From: Amphiscolops sp. MND2022
Taxonomy: Eukaryota
Direction: 5' to 3'
Length of the DNA: 64,000 nucleotides
Assembly: GCA_964187785.1 (NCBI GenBank)
Contig: OZ076409.1
Coordinates: 19,656,001 to 19,720,000, forward strand
Part shown: piece by piece, positions 48,226 through 60,600 of the stretch
Numbering within the stretch: the stretch's first letter is position 1
Layout: the number at the start of each line of letters is the position of its first letter
Made by a program: the position numbers and the translations under genes
Notes under the pieces: generated by a model
The model's input: only the letters and a program-made list of their open reading frames with translations
Database searches by the model: none
What the model was told of the DNA's origin: nothing

Positions 48226-49749
48226 CTGAAAATGGTAGGGACTAAAGATGTCCTGGAGCAGAGAAAACAACTCTTCAGAAGAAGGAACGAGAAACTAGCT
48301 CAGGAAGAAGACCGGACACAAATAAGGTCAAGAGTGTACGTTATGATTCAATGAAAGTCCGTCAAAAAGAACTAAGCCCTAACAAAGAGCCGAATAGCCA
48401 CAACCTTGACGATGTCTCCAAAATATTGTGAACCTTGGCACAATTTTCATAATTCATACCAGCTTCTTCAATACTACCGGAAACATGAAAAGATCTTGCC
48501 AAAAATTCAATTCCCAACACAAAAGTCCTGGTTCCAATCAACATTTTACAACTTGACAGTCTGGTATTTCTCTCCCGACTATCTGAACCCACAATTTGCT
48601 CGTTTCGACTCATCTGTATTTGCTCCCCAACACTGCCAATCACCAAATTAAAAGTGTGCGGTACCTAAAATTGTCCTTAAGGTAACTCGAAATGAAGTTA
48701 TTCGTTTCAACGAGTTATTCGCTGGGTTAAGAGCTCTCAAATGAGGTGAGATTGCATCCACCAATGGAATGTCCTGGTGTGCCCTAGAGTCCTCTGGAGT
48801 GCCAGTGCCACGGAAAATTGCTGTTTTTTTCAAATTGCTAAAAAACAAGAAATTCTGAAATTGAATCAAATCCACGAGGGACGTCTTTTCTTTTTTGTTT
48901 TTCTCACCTATGTTTCCAAATCACCAAAATATCCGCTGAGGTTTTTTTTGAAAAAAAATTCTACTTTTTAAACACTCTAAAGTACTAAAATAACGTGAAA
49001 TGAAACTGCAACTAAAAACAAAGCAAATGTTTTCAGAGGATAGACATTCTATTTGTATCGACAGTTGCTCCAAAGTTTTTTTGCCGCTTGCAGGATCGAT
49101 GATTTCAACATTCATTGTCAACAGAAAATACACGTTCATTTTGGCTTCACCTTCGGCAAGAACAAATTTGTTTCTTTGCTGCTTGTTTCAATCTTGAAAT
49201 GTTCAATTCTGATTGAGATGAACTGCTGGATGAATTCATAACTTCATCTTCAACTATCAGTTTATATTTTTGCACCTATTGTTTTTGTTGGTTGAAGGTC
49301 GAAGCGAAAAGCACGCAATCCTACTTTTTGCAAAAAGTTTACCTTTCAGAGTGAGGTCTGTGTTCGGTTGTTTTCCAGGCAGGTTCTGACATCGCCAAGT
49401 TTTTTCACCAATCGCTAAATAGATAATTTCAAAATCGCTAATTCGCTGAAAAACTTTTTTCAAACTATTAAATGTATGATTTGAAATGAAATGATAACTT
49501 AATTCAGTTTTTGCAAGAGGAAAGACTGGAATTGTTCATACTGTGTGGGTTTTACTAGGGGTAAAAATTGGAATTTTTCAAAATTCGTTTCGAAACTCCG
49601 TGTATTTGCAGAAGAAACTTTGAATTTGGACGATCTATTAGTTGCCGCTAAAAAATTCTGTGCGGCGGCTAATTCGGTAAATGGCTAATTAGCAGTGTCA
49701 AAACTCCGCTTCCAAGTAAGTATATTGAAGAAGTTTGTTGTTATTGTAG

Positions 49750-50027
49750 ATTGCATTCACGAGACTACATAGATTTGTTGCTGACAACACTGGCCGAATT
49801 CCCGGGTCTGGCGGTGACCTTTTTCATAGTCGACAGGTACGGACGGAGACTAAGTCTGGCTGCAGTGCTGGCCGGGATAGCTGTGGGGTACGGGGCTCTG
49901 TTCACTTGTCCCGGCAGAAGGGTGACGGACATCGCTTTCTTCTTCTCCAGGGCTCTCGCGATATCCTCCTTCAACACAATAGTTCTCTACGGGGCGGAAA
50001 TATACCCCACCAACTTACGTGCTACCG
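49750..50027 (+). CDS. SVOP: SVOP-like exon 6
   Basis: DYIDLLLTTLAEFPG...IVDRYGRR...YGAEIYPTNLRATG; tgtAG acceptor and GTTAGT donor. The following exon(s) were not identified. Confidence 0.93.
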
Positions 50028-51656
50028 GTTAGTTACATCATCACATCTGAATGTGACAGCTCCAACTGTCATGTTACACAATCACAGCATGTAATAGCTA
50101 TCTAATTTGGAAGTATTGTAATTATAAAGCGACACAAGATAATGTGGTTATGTATCTAGCGAATATATTTCCTGGAAGGACTGTTCCTTTTTCATGTTTT
50201 TCTTGAAGGGTCACTCTGGCTTTTTCCTGAATGGAAATACCAGAAACGTTTTTCTTGCATATAAATAACCCTGCTGAAGAAAAAAGTAAAAATTGCGCAA
50301 AAAGACTTGTTTTTAGAATGACAGAAAGAACCTTTTTTCCTCTTTTGAATTCGAAACTTTTCGAACTAGAAGTAGCCGTTACAACTATGAATTAGAATAT
50401 ATTCTACCTATAAAACAGTCTGAATACTGTTTTATTCAAAAAATGTTCCAGCTTTACTTTGTAAGTTCATATATGCTACAGCTTTTATCTAGGAAGTATG
50501 GCTATGTGGAATTTAGTCTCTCTAGGGAGAGACGTTAGGACATACAATAAGATATTTTGATAAGGCCACCGATGAAGGTCTTTTATGGATCCCTAAACTT
50601 ATCTCCGGTGAGGTTTTCAATCCAATTTTCTCTCTTTCTACTTAAATTCGTATAACTCAAGCTCATATGGATTAATTTGCTCCTACAATCATTTCGGAAC
50701 TGTTTTCATCTCTCAAGTTGGGAAACAGCTGAACGAAGCAACTTTCACTAATTGTAATAAAATAAATTGACTTTGATCAACACGAAATCTAGTTCATTGA
50801 TCTTGACTCTATTCAAATTTCCAGCTGAACAAATCCAAAACCCCCTAGCAACCCGTATTGTCATTCATTTTTCGGACTTTCTTATAAAAATTTAAATCCA
50901 GTCAATTAGCATAGCCGAGGCTCCGCAAGGTTTTGTCCCTGAAAGTTAAATCAACGTACTTAGTTAGTTCTTTCATCTTCCTATACTTCGAGACATTAAT
51001 CAGAGACACTTAGTGTAGATTTTTCAGTTTATATAGCAGTGGATATATATTTCCGGAATTGTTTGTATTAAAAGCTGAGCTTTAGAAAACTAATAACCTC
51101 CATTTTCTGAGACTAATAAACATGGTAGACATTAAAGCAGCAATGTCGATAATTTTAGAACTGGAATAAATTATAGTTTTACATTACTTTTCCACATTTT
51201 TGAGTCGTACATCAAGGAAATGTCTGATTGTGCCAGAAATTTGTCAAAATGTGTTTGCAGTATCCCGCAGAATAGAAAAAACACTGCTGAACACGTTCAT
51301 CATTTTCTCTCGTCATCGGCCTTCGTGGTTAGCGGGTGAGTGCGTACATCGTGATAGTACGCTCCAATTCTGCGCTAGTTGAAAAATTATTTAAAAGCTA
51401 TTTTTACTTCAAAAGCTAGTCCAAGTCAATGGGTCTCCTCTTTGTTTTTCGGTGCAGTTCTACTTTTCTCGAATTTTTTCTGTAACGACAAGCTGACGCG
51501 TAGCTTGATTGAGTCACAAGAAAGCGAGGAACCTGAAAGAATGGGGCTCCTTGCACTGTCAACTAGTAATTAAACAGAATGACTAGTGTCGATGGTGTCC
51601 ATTACGTGTCGATGGTGATCGTAAGGTGTCCATTACTCTATGTGGCAATCAGGCAA

Positions 51657-52393
51657 CCTAGTGTTCGAAGCCATAGAACGCTTGCCATAATTATGGTTAA
51701 TCGTGCTAAATCATGGTTAACCATGGTACCCTTGTCAAGATCACGGCAAATCATGATACATGGATCGCTTGTCAAGATCATGGCAAGATAACCATGGTAA
51801 GACATGTGAGCTGTTTTTAATGGTATAATTTATTCTTTTCACAGAAATTTCGTGTCATCTCCAATTTCTGAATAAGCCGTTTTGATAACTACAGACATCA
51901 CCTTTATTTATCGAAAAAAGTTTTTTTAACTGAAAAGTATCCAACACTTCTCAATAGTTTGTACCTATTGACCGAGATTTGGTACTTGCGAGCACGGCAT
52001 TGTTACTACTATCATAATTTATCATACAAAGCAAACTCCAAATCAAGTGATAGCAACTTGTCTGTGTGAAAACCATCTTTGCTAGCTATGATTTGTTATT
52101 CTTGCTAATACCTCACCTATTGAGGTAACGTGATGAAACTACTGAAGTTCAAGAATGCAATAGAAACTAGTGCAATAAAAATGAATAGAATTAGAAAATA
52201 AGAGTTACCAAAAAACGGATTTGCTACCATGGAACCCTTGTCAAGAACATGGTTAATCTTGGCATCCTTGCCAAGATCATGGTTAGCCTTTGCACGATCT
52301 TGCATGGCCATGGTATCCTTGCCAAGATCATGGCAAGGCTAGAAGGAACTTGCCATGGATCTTGGCAAGGATACCATGGCTTCGAACACTGAG
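51657..52393. mobile_element. MITE with TIRs and internal ccatgg/cttgccaagatc subrepeats
   Basis: agtgttcgaagccat (51660) vs atggcttcgaacact (52376-52390); clusters of ccatgg and cttg(c/t)caagatca at both ends. Confidence 0.75.
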
Positions 52394-52568
52394 AATTCAA
52401 TTCACTGGGCAGTTTTACGCGTTTGCGCATGCGTTCTTCTCTCTCTCTCTCTCGGTCTTTCTTTGTCCGTTTTCTATGTTTTTCTTTGCTTTCTGCGAAG
52501 CAGGTTTTTCGGATATGCTTCTAGCTGACGTCATTTTCATTTTCGATTCTCCGAATTTGCGTTGTCAG

Positions 52569-53094
52569 TTTTTAGTCGGCGCTTTTATAAATAAAAGAGC
52601 CCGACTATTACAGTCACTCGTTTTTTTCTTTAAGACAGACTCGTAGCGAGAAACGTTAAAATTAACGTTCAACTACTAAATACAGTACTAAACTACTGGA
52701 CCCTGGACCGGCAAAGGCAAACGGGGAGCGCATTTAGGATAGTGCAAAGGGTCCCCCCTTTTAGTTACTCCATTTTTATCGTAAGATACAAAACAGGACT
52801 AGACTATAGGGTTTGAGTTTTTTTCAGCACTGTGCGACTTTTTTGTCGAATTTTTTTGTCTCCAAAGGGTCCCCCTTCAAGTTTTTTGATATTTTACAGC
52901 AAATTGAAGTTTCAAAAAGCTCAAAGGGTCTCCCCTTTCAAGTTTTTCGACACTATGAGACTGGCTCAAAATTCTTATTTTTCGATGTTTCTTTTTTTCA
53001 AAAAACCCAAAGGGTCCCCCCTTTTATAATTTCAAAAAGTTTGAGCTTTTTGAGCTTTAGATATGGCGCCGACTTGAGACGTTCCCGTCTTGTT
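52569..53094 (+). mobile_element. HINE-like element
   Basis: tttttAGTCGGCGCtttt...gCCCGACT at the 5' end; GGCGCCGACTtgAGACGttccCGTCTtgtt at the 3' end. Confidence 0.75.
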
Positions 53095-54027
53095 ATCAGT
53101 TGTAGCGGATTAAAGGGTAGCGTTACGTGCACTGAAGGGTCACTTTGACTTTTTGATGAATTAGCATGTTTTTCTGAACTTCGGTCAGTTGCTTTGAAAA
53201 AAAATGTTTTTGAGCACATTAAAAAAGGCTAAGCTCTGTTTGAGTTATAGGCGACCAGCCGACATAGGCCGTTCCTGAGTTGATTTTAAATGTAAGGGTA
53301 TTCCCCACATTTCAAATTGTGATTTTCAAGGTTGTTCAATCTCTCGTCGTAATCATTGGCAGCATTGAAACTGTCACGACTGTCATGGCTTGTATTGAAG
53401 CTAAATCCCTTGAACTCATCACTGCCACAATCTTCATTAAATTAGTAATGAGCTTCATACATAGCTATTCCAAATGAGGGATCATCCTCTCAATAAAGAC
53501 TCGGATTGAAAATCACTATCTTTGTGCGTTTACGGTTCTCTTTGGCCCACCAATTTGTTGAGACATTCAAAGTTTCATTTCTCCTTTGAAAACTTCCATC
53601 TTTTCTTCAACCTTGTTTGTCAAAGTAGGTTCAAAAGCCATCAAAGGTGAAAAAGTGTATTTTATTGAGTCATTCGAACGTTGTAAGTCAAATAAGGTGA
53701 CTGGTAGATCTGAAAACTATTCAGTTAGGAAGCTTGAGTTTAAATTATCAAGAGTATACTAAACAAAACGATGAAGCTTACAAATTTCAATGATCATTTC
53801 GCCAATATTGCTCAACTGATAAGCTCGTAGATTGAATCGGAATTTTTTTCAACATTCGGAACCTGAAACTCACTTCTCCATGTTTCTGAAACCTGTAACT
53901 GTATGGAGATTGTGGTAATACTCGAAGGTTTGAAATCATAGAAATCAGTTGAGCACATGCCCACAATGCATTGCTTGAAAGGGTTCTCTTTGAAAGTTGA
54001 CGTGTCCTTGTTTCCTTTTCTGCTTCT

Positions 54028-54558
54028 GTTTTTAGTCGCACTTTTCTTTCTAAGGAAAAATGCCCGACTATAGCAGTGACCTTTTTTAGTCGGCGCTTTA
54101 TCCTTTCAGGGAAAAATGCCCGACTATAGCAGTGACCTTTTTTTTCGTCAGACTACAATCCTCACACTGATTGGTCCACTTTTTAGAAACAATCCTGAAA
54201 CCACCAAAGGCCAATGCAAAATTAGTCCAAAGGGTCCCCTTTTCATTTTTTACTTTGTCAAGGAAACCTACAAAACCGGACGTGCCTAAAGGGTCCCCCC
54301 TTTGGATTTTTTTCGGCACTGTGCGATATTTTTTCGAAAATTTTTTATTGTCCCCAAAGGGTCGAGGTTTTTTGAAAATTTGCAACAGAATGTATGTTAA
54401 TAAATCCAAAAGGGCGCCCTTTTTACATTTTTCGGCACTGTGCGACATTTTTTGAAAGAAAATAAATTTCAAAAATTTCAAGTTTTTTTCCAAAAAAAAA
54501 ATGTTTTGCGCTTTTTGAGCCTTAGATATAGCGCCGACTTTAGACGTTCTCGTCTTTT
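54028..54558 (+). mobile_element. HINE-like element with a duplicated head (54028-54087) in front of a full copy (54082-54558)
   Basis: ggaaaaatgcccgactatagcagtgacctttttt occurs twice. The full copy is the reverse complement relative of 20580-21066. Confidence 0.78.
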
Positions 54559-56499
54559 TATTTGTTAATATCCATAATGCAGTTTTGACAGCTACGTTGT
54601 AAAAGGTATGATAGTGATATAAATATCAGTAAAACATGGTGTTGCTTTAAACGGTGTTCATAAGAACTTCTGTCTGAGAACCCCACAACCGTTCTTGGTA
54701 TATCTTGAGCTACATTAAACTCCTAACAAGCCATGAACGCCCAAGTCGGCGCCCCGCTCATGGTTCAAAAAGAGCCAAGCTGTGAGAAATACTCAAGTGA
54801 CAACAGTTGAGAAACTGTGAAACTATCATACAATGCAAAAAAATACTCGAAGGGGAATCCCTTAAGACTCAAAAACAGATTTTTCTCTGGACTGGAAACA
54901 TCATAAAAAAACGTTAAGTAGTTCGAGATATAGCGAAACAGCTAGCGAAGTTTTCCAGATTACCAACTTGTTTCGTGAAATCGAGTTTTCAAGGTAATAC
55001 CAACCAGTGACCATGACGCACTTTGGGTTGATCATGGGTCTGCCGAGGAAAACGTTAAATAGTTTGTTCTAAGTAATGCAAAAACAGTGACGGGAACCTG
55101 CATTCCATTGCTGGATAGTCAGGCATTTCACCCCTCAAATATCTCCGTTTGTAGTTTGCTTGTTTTAGTTGAGCTATAACTGCTCTGTAATACTTCCTAC
55201 AGAAGTGTTTAAAAACAAGACGCCCGCTGACCAGCAGGATAATTTCCGTCCAAACTGTTCAAGCAATGACATGTTTTTGAGACTCAAGAGTAGCCATTAC
55301 ACTATGAAAACGCTTAGAGGTTTGATGGAAAAAGGTTTGACACTTTTTGAATAATGTTAGGCCATTTCAGAAGGAAAAAATTCAAGAAGACACGAAACAC
55401 CTATTTGTTTTTTCGTCAGATTGTGTGTAACCTAAGCAATCAAATTTTCTTTAAATTTGCGTGAAGTTGCCAAAAATGCCAAAAATTGTAGATTTTTGCT
55501 TTTCGACAACTTTGCGGTCATTTGAGGAACTTTTATAAAAAAACTGTAGATGTCTTTTCAAAAACGCTTTTTGGATAACGGGTCCACTCATTCTTGAATT
55601 ACAAAATTGCTCGAAACGTTTACATAAAAGTATACCATTTCAAAAACAAAAAAAACGGATTTTCGCCAAAGTTCAAATCATTCTGACGAACTTTTTGCAA
55701 ACACAATTGTAGATTTCTTTTTTGGACATTCTGCATGCCTACTCAAAAAATTTAGACTTTTAGAATATTTCGAGATTTTGGTAACTTTCAATAGAAATTC
55801 ACTAATTTGTCAAACAACTGCCAAAACTTTTTTCGACTATTTTGGGGTCATTTTGAGGCTCTTTTCTAACGTTAAACTGCAATTCACCTGCAAAAAACCT
55901 ACTGAACAACGCATTCGTTCGCTTTTGAGGGTTTTTCTTCTTCCAACGATGGAAATTTCTCCAAAAATTCGGAACTTTGCATAAGAAACGTTGACTTTTT
56001 ATATCGGACTAATCAGGGCCATTTTTGAAGTACTTTTGAAGCTAAATACTGCAACTCTCTTCAAACTAGCATACTTCATAGCTAGTTTCATCGTTTTTGA
56101 GTGTTTTGAATTTTCTTGGTCACAGAAACTTTCAAAAATTGAACACAAATGCATGAAAAACGACAAACTTGAAAAATTTCTGATGTAAAACACTGTACTT
56201 TTCTCATCAGAAAGGAAACTACATACCTGATTCTATCACCACGGAATGTTTTGAATCATCTAATTTACCAATGTTCTCAAAAATGATACTCAAATAACAT
56301 GAAGAACCTACATAAACTATAATTTCTAGGACTTTTCGACAATTTTTGTGTCAAATTCACCATTAATTTTTTTACCAGGAACTAGCACACATCCCATCAA
56401 AAAGCCTAAAGGAGAACGCCTTCAGTTGTTGTTGAACCGTTTTAGAGTTTTGATCCATGAAAAGGTTGAAGTTTTTACAAAAGTTGCGTTGGAAAATAC

Positions 56500-57640
56500 A
56501 AAAATGTAAAAAAAAAGATTTGTTGACTCTTTCGTGGTCCTTGTTGCAAGTTTTTTTACAAAACTGCATTTATCTCCTCAAACAACCCTATTGGACAACG
56601 GAATCATTCGCGCTGTTGATCGTATTCAACGTTTTAATCCACGAAAACTCTAGAAATTTGACAAAAATTGCAAAAGAAGGTAAAAAATTGGTACATTTTG
56701 AAGTTTTCATCATTTTTGGTCGCAAATTGTGATTTTTTTCAGCAGAAAACTTTGTCTACTTCTTACCAAAAACCTCTCTGACAACGAATTTGTTCCTTGT
56801 TGAATGTCTTGAATTTTCTAAGTCACCAAGTTTTTCGAAAAGTACACAAACACCACATAAAGTTTTCAAAAACTTGAAAGTTTTGGTATTTTTGTCAATA
56901 TCGGTCTGATTTTGATGCATTTTTCCAGAACAAATTACTTTTACCTCTTCAAAAAACCCCTCGGACAACGAATTGTTTCCTTGTTGAACATTTGGGGGAT
57001 TCTAAGCCACTAAGTCTTGTGAAAAATAGACAAAAATTGCATAAAATTTTCAAAAATCTGAGTTTTCAAGTATTTTTGTCATTTGCGGTCTGATTTTGAT
57101 GCATTTTTTCTAGCAGAAGTTGCTTTTCATATCCTCGAAGAAGCCTTCCGGGCAACGAATTTTTTCCTTTTTGAACGTCTTTGACATTCTAAGCCACCAA
57201 GTCTTTCAAAAAATAGACAAAAATTGCATGAAATTTTCAAAAATCTGAAGTTTTTGGGATTTTTGTCATTTTCGGTCTAAATTTGAGGCATTTTTACAAA
57301 TCAAATTGCACTTATAACTTTAATGACGCCTCTTGGACAACAAAATCTTCCTTGTTGAATATTTGTACTTTTCTAAATTAGCAAGTGTATCAAGAACTTC
57401 TCAAAAATTGCATAAAAACGGTAATAATCCGAAATTTTTGGAAGTTTTTTCAATTTCGATCGCAATTTGAGGCATTTTTCTTCATAAAGTTGCAGTTATT
57501 TCTTTGGAAGAAGCCTCTTAGATAACGAAATTTTGCTCTTTCAACATTCAAAGCCACGAAATCTATCGAAAAGTTGACAAAAATTGCATAAAAACAGTAG
57601 AAATTGGAAAGTTTTGCTGTTTTTACTGTTTTCGGGTCAT
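56500..57640. repeat. Diverged tandem array, ~6 x ~185 bp
   Basis: The anchor ggacaacgaat...ccttgttgaa recurs at ~56592, 56778, 56962, 57149, 57333 and 57518; gacaaaaattgcat(a/g)aaa also recurs. Confidence 0.8.
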
Positions 57641-60600
57641 TTTTTGCTGATTCTGGGGTCTTCGGGGTCAACCAAAAAAGTCCAAAAATCTCCACAATTA
57701 CACACCGCATGATGCAAATTTTACATCAGCTGAAGTCTATGGGTGAAACCCTTTAGCTTTGATATAAATAAATTCTTGGCAAATTTTGTAAAAAAACCCG
57801 TTTGATTTGAATATTTTCCTTTTCCATATGAAATATGGACGGAAAATAACAAACGGTGCCGCAATGCGTCCTCAAGCTTATCCCGGTTCATCAAGGTACT
57901 TCACAGCGGCTTTTTGTGCGTTTAATAACTACAAGCCTGTAGACTTCGAATGTAATTCGAAGCTTCCAAATTTAAACAAAACCTTCGAATAAGTTAACCC
58001 AAACGAGACAAAAAATTTTCACTTGTGAGAAAGCTTTTAAGTGAGGGAAACCTGTTTCCTCCGGTAGCCATCAATAGTCAATGGGTGACCATCGTTGAAT
58101 TGCCCAGAGGTTTAGATTGTAGGTGTTTACTTTACGAGGTTTTGCTTATTCTTTAGCGCAATCGTTCGTTCTGTTTCCATCAAATCTGTCTGATTGAACT
58201 GGAAATACAAAATACTTTTGACAGATAATAAAACATCATTCATTTTGTTCATGTTTTTCTCTTATTTTATCAAAACTTAGAGCTGTTTATTGAATATTTT
58301 ACTCTTAAAGTTCTATCTCCATGAAATTCGAACAATGCCAATGGCGTTATCCATAGAAGAAAATGGATATTCAATTTTCGTTTTAAGACTACTCAGGAAA
58401 TTTTGTTCCCGCTAACAAAACACGCAGCGACTGCAAATTTTACTTGAAATTCCAGGTGTTTTCTGCTTCAAGACCTCTCGAGTCACAATGGTATTAATCG
58501 AAAGGTGGCAGCTCCACTGGAAACGTATACTTCAACACAAACCACAGGGGAATTGGAAGTATATGGAGGTGCATGCATTCAAGTGCAAACGGGCATTTTA
58601 TTGAACCGAAACAATTCATCGAAAATCAATTAAAATGTAGATATGTCCTAAAATTTTTTTTGTATATCTTTCCAAGACGAGAAGCATGAATTCATTAATT
58701 TTTATCTTTTTACCCGTCATTTTAGTTAATCAAATACTAACACTTCCAACTAGAGAAATTCTTGTTCCTTATCAAACTTTTCCCAAAAAAATTAAATAAC
58801 TGCTTTTAACTGGCAGTCAATTAGGATTATGTCGACATCAAATATTCCATTGGACCAAATTTCAAGGCAAACGATGTCGACATAATGGTATTTGAACCTT
58901 GTGTCTTATCGCCCCCCCTGCGGCTGCAGGGGGTGGAATAAGACACATGATCCAATTTTTCCCTACTCGAAACGCTCTTCGGTTTCACGCAATAATTTCA
59001 TCAAATCCAAGACTACTTTTATGTTATTGCTTTAGATATGCTTCAGAATTAACATATACTCTTTTTTTTCGAAACATCGTTTCTCCCTCGTAGGTAAGCA
59101 ACAACTAAATGCTATTGTTAAGTCTGTTGCGTGCAATGCTTTTTAATTTATCTGTAATATTGACACAAAATAACAGTATCAACGTATGACGATGGAAATA
59201 TATACAAGTTACGTACTATCTCTAGGTAATAAGCCCCTTTGTTATTCTCAAAATGTTCCTTGTCTTTTTTAACCTCGATGCAAGCCAAGTGTGAGAATTG
59301 GAAATGGAAGGTAAGACTGATAAAGAAGTGAGCGGAATTCTCAGAGGTAGATAAACGCCGAAGTCAAGTGTCACTCAGGGAAAGTTTGATTGATTTTGTG
59401 GAAATTATTCCTTCTGATCGATGGAGAAAAGTTGGATTAAAATAGTTCTCCGCTGATATAGAAATCCCCGGAGGTCGAGATTTGAAAATTAGATTTATAT
59501 CTTTTCTTTGTACTGAAAATGTACCTGAGTGGGTCGTGTAGAACTTTTGCTGAAAAATCTCAGTGTATTTTCTCATAGCAAACCGGCATGAATTTTATTA
59601 TTGAATAATTGAAAGCTTTTTCAAAAAATGTTGGAAACTATAGGCACCAGAAGCTTGGATATGTTAATATTCAAGCTACTTGTGCAATTGGCTTCGAAAT
59701 AGCAAGCTTTTAGAGTCATCTCTCTATATAACAAGCTGGGAAAAGAAAACATTTATTCTAACTATTAGAATAATTAAAAAGAAATTCATTCCTCACTTCG
59801 AACCCATTTTGTCCTACTGGTATACTCACCTTACGGCAGAAAGACGGACATTATTTGTGCATCTGATGCGCTGATGTCAGACGGACTTTTATCACAGGTT
59901 CAATCAATGAAGCGTTGCATCATGATTTTTATATGCATTTTTTCGGAAGTGGTATAATTCGAAGAAGTATAGGTTATCCATTTTTGTCGAGTAACAAAAT
60001 AAAAATATATTTTTACAAGCTTGCTTCAACACCAACCAAGACAAAGGAGAACCTTTATAGCGAAAAAAAAACATTTTTCGTTAATACTGGCATTTAATGT
60101 TTATTTATCGAGCTGTATCTCGACCCGAAATCTTGCTTTCATAAAATTTTACATGTAAGAAATCCAGTTAAATTCAGACATGCAACTTTGAAACTGTCTA
60201 CCACATTACACGGGTAGCTGCTTTTTGCTCCCAGTGTAGACAAATTGTCACAATAGCTCAGGTTTAGTTCATTCACTGTACTTCTGCAAAATTTACCGTT
60301 TTTTTTACTTTTTTGAACTGAATTGAGAAAGCAGCAATATCAGCACTAGCAATCTGAGTTGGTGATCAGATCATTTCGAATGCATGTAATTTAGTTCCAC
60401 CATAGCAAGGAAAGGAAAAGAAACGTTTATTTAATTGAATACAAAATTGATACAATATCACATATATAACTAAAAACTTCAAGTTAATGCATCCAAAAAA
60501 TCAATCTTGTGAATACCAATGTTTCAAAGCAAGTTGAGCTCATTCCAATTTTGCAGCGAAAGATACTCTGCCCAAAATGAACGAAACCAATGAGCGCGAA

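Noticed and set aside
51260..51335. Candidate SVOP exon 7 (gcAG...G|GTGAGT)
   Set aside because: The in-phase translation (VSRRIEKTLLNTFIIFSRH...) does not resemble the expected TM11-TM12 segment.
53280..54030. Coding-looking - strand stretch with scattered stops
   Set aside because: No family motif recognised; possibly a decayed TE ORF, but this cannot be supported.
58456..58605. Candidate SVOP last exon after ttccAG
   Set aside because: The translation (GVFCFKTSRVTMVLIERWQ...) is not hydrophobic or SVOP-like.
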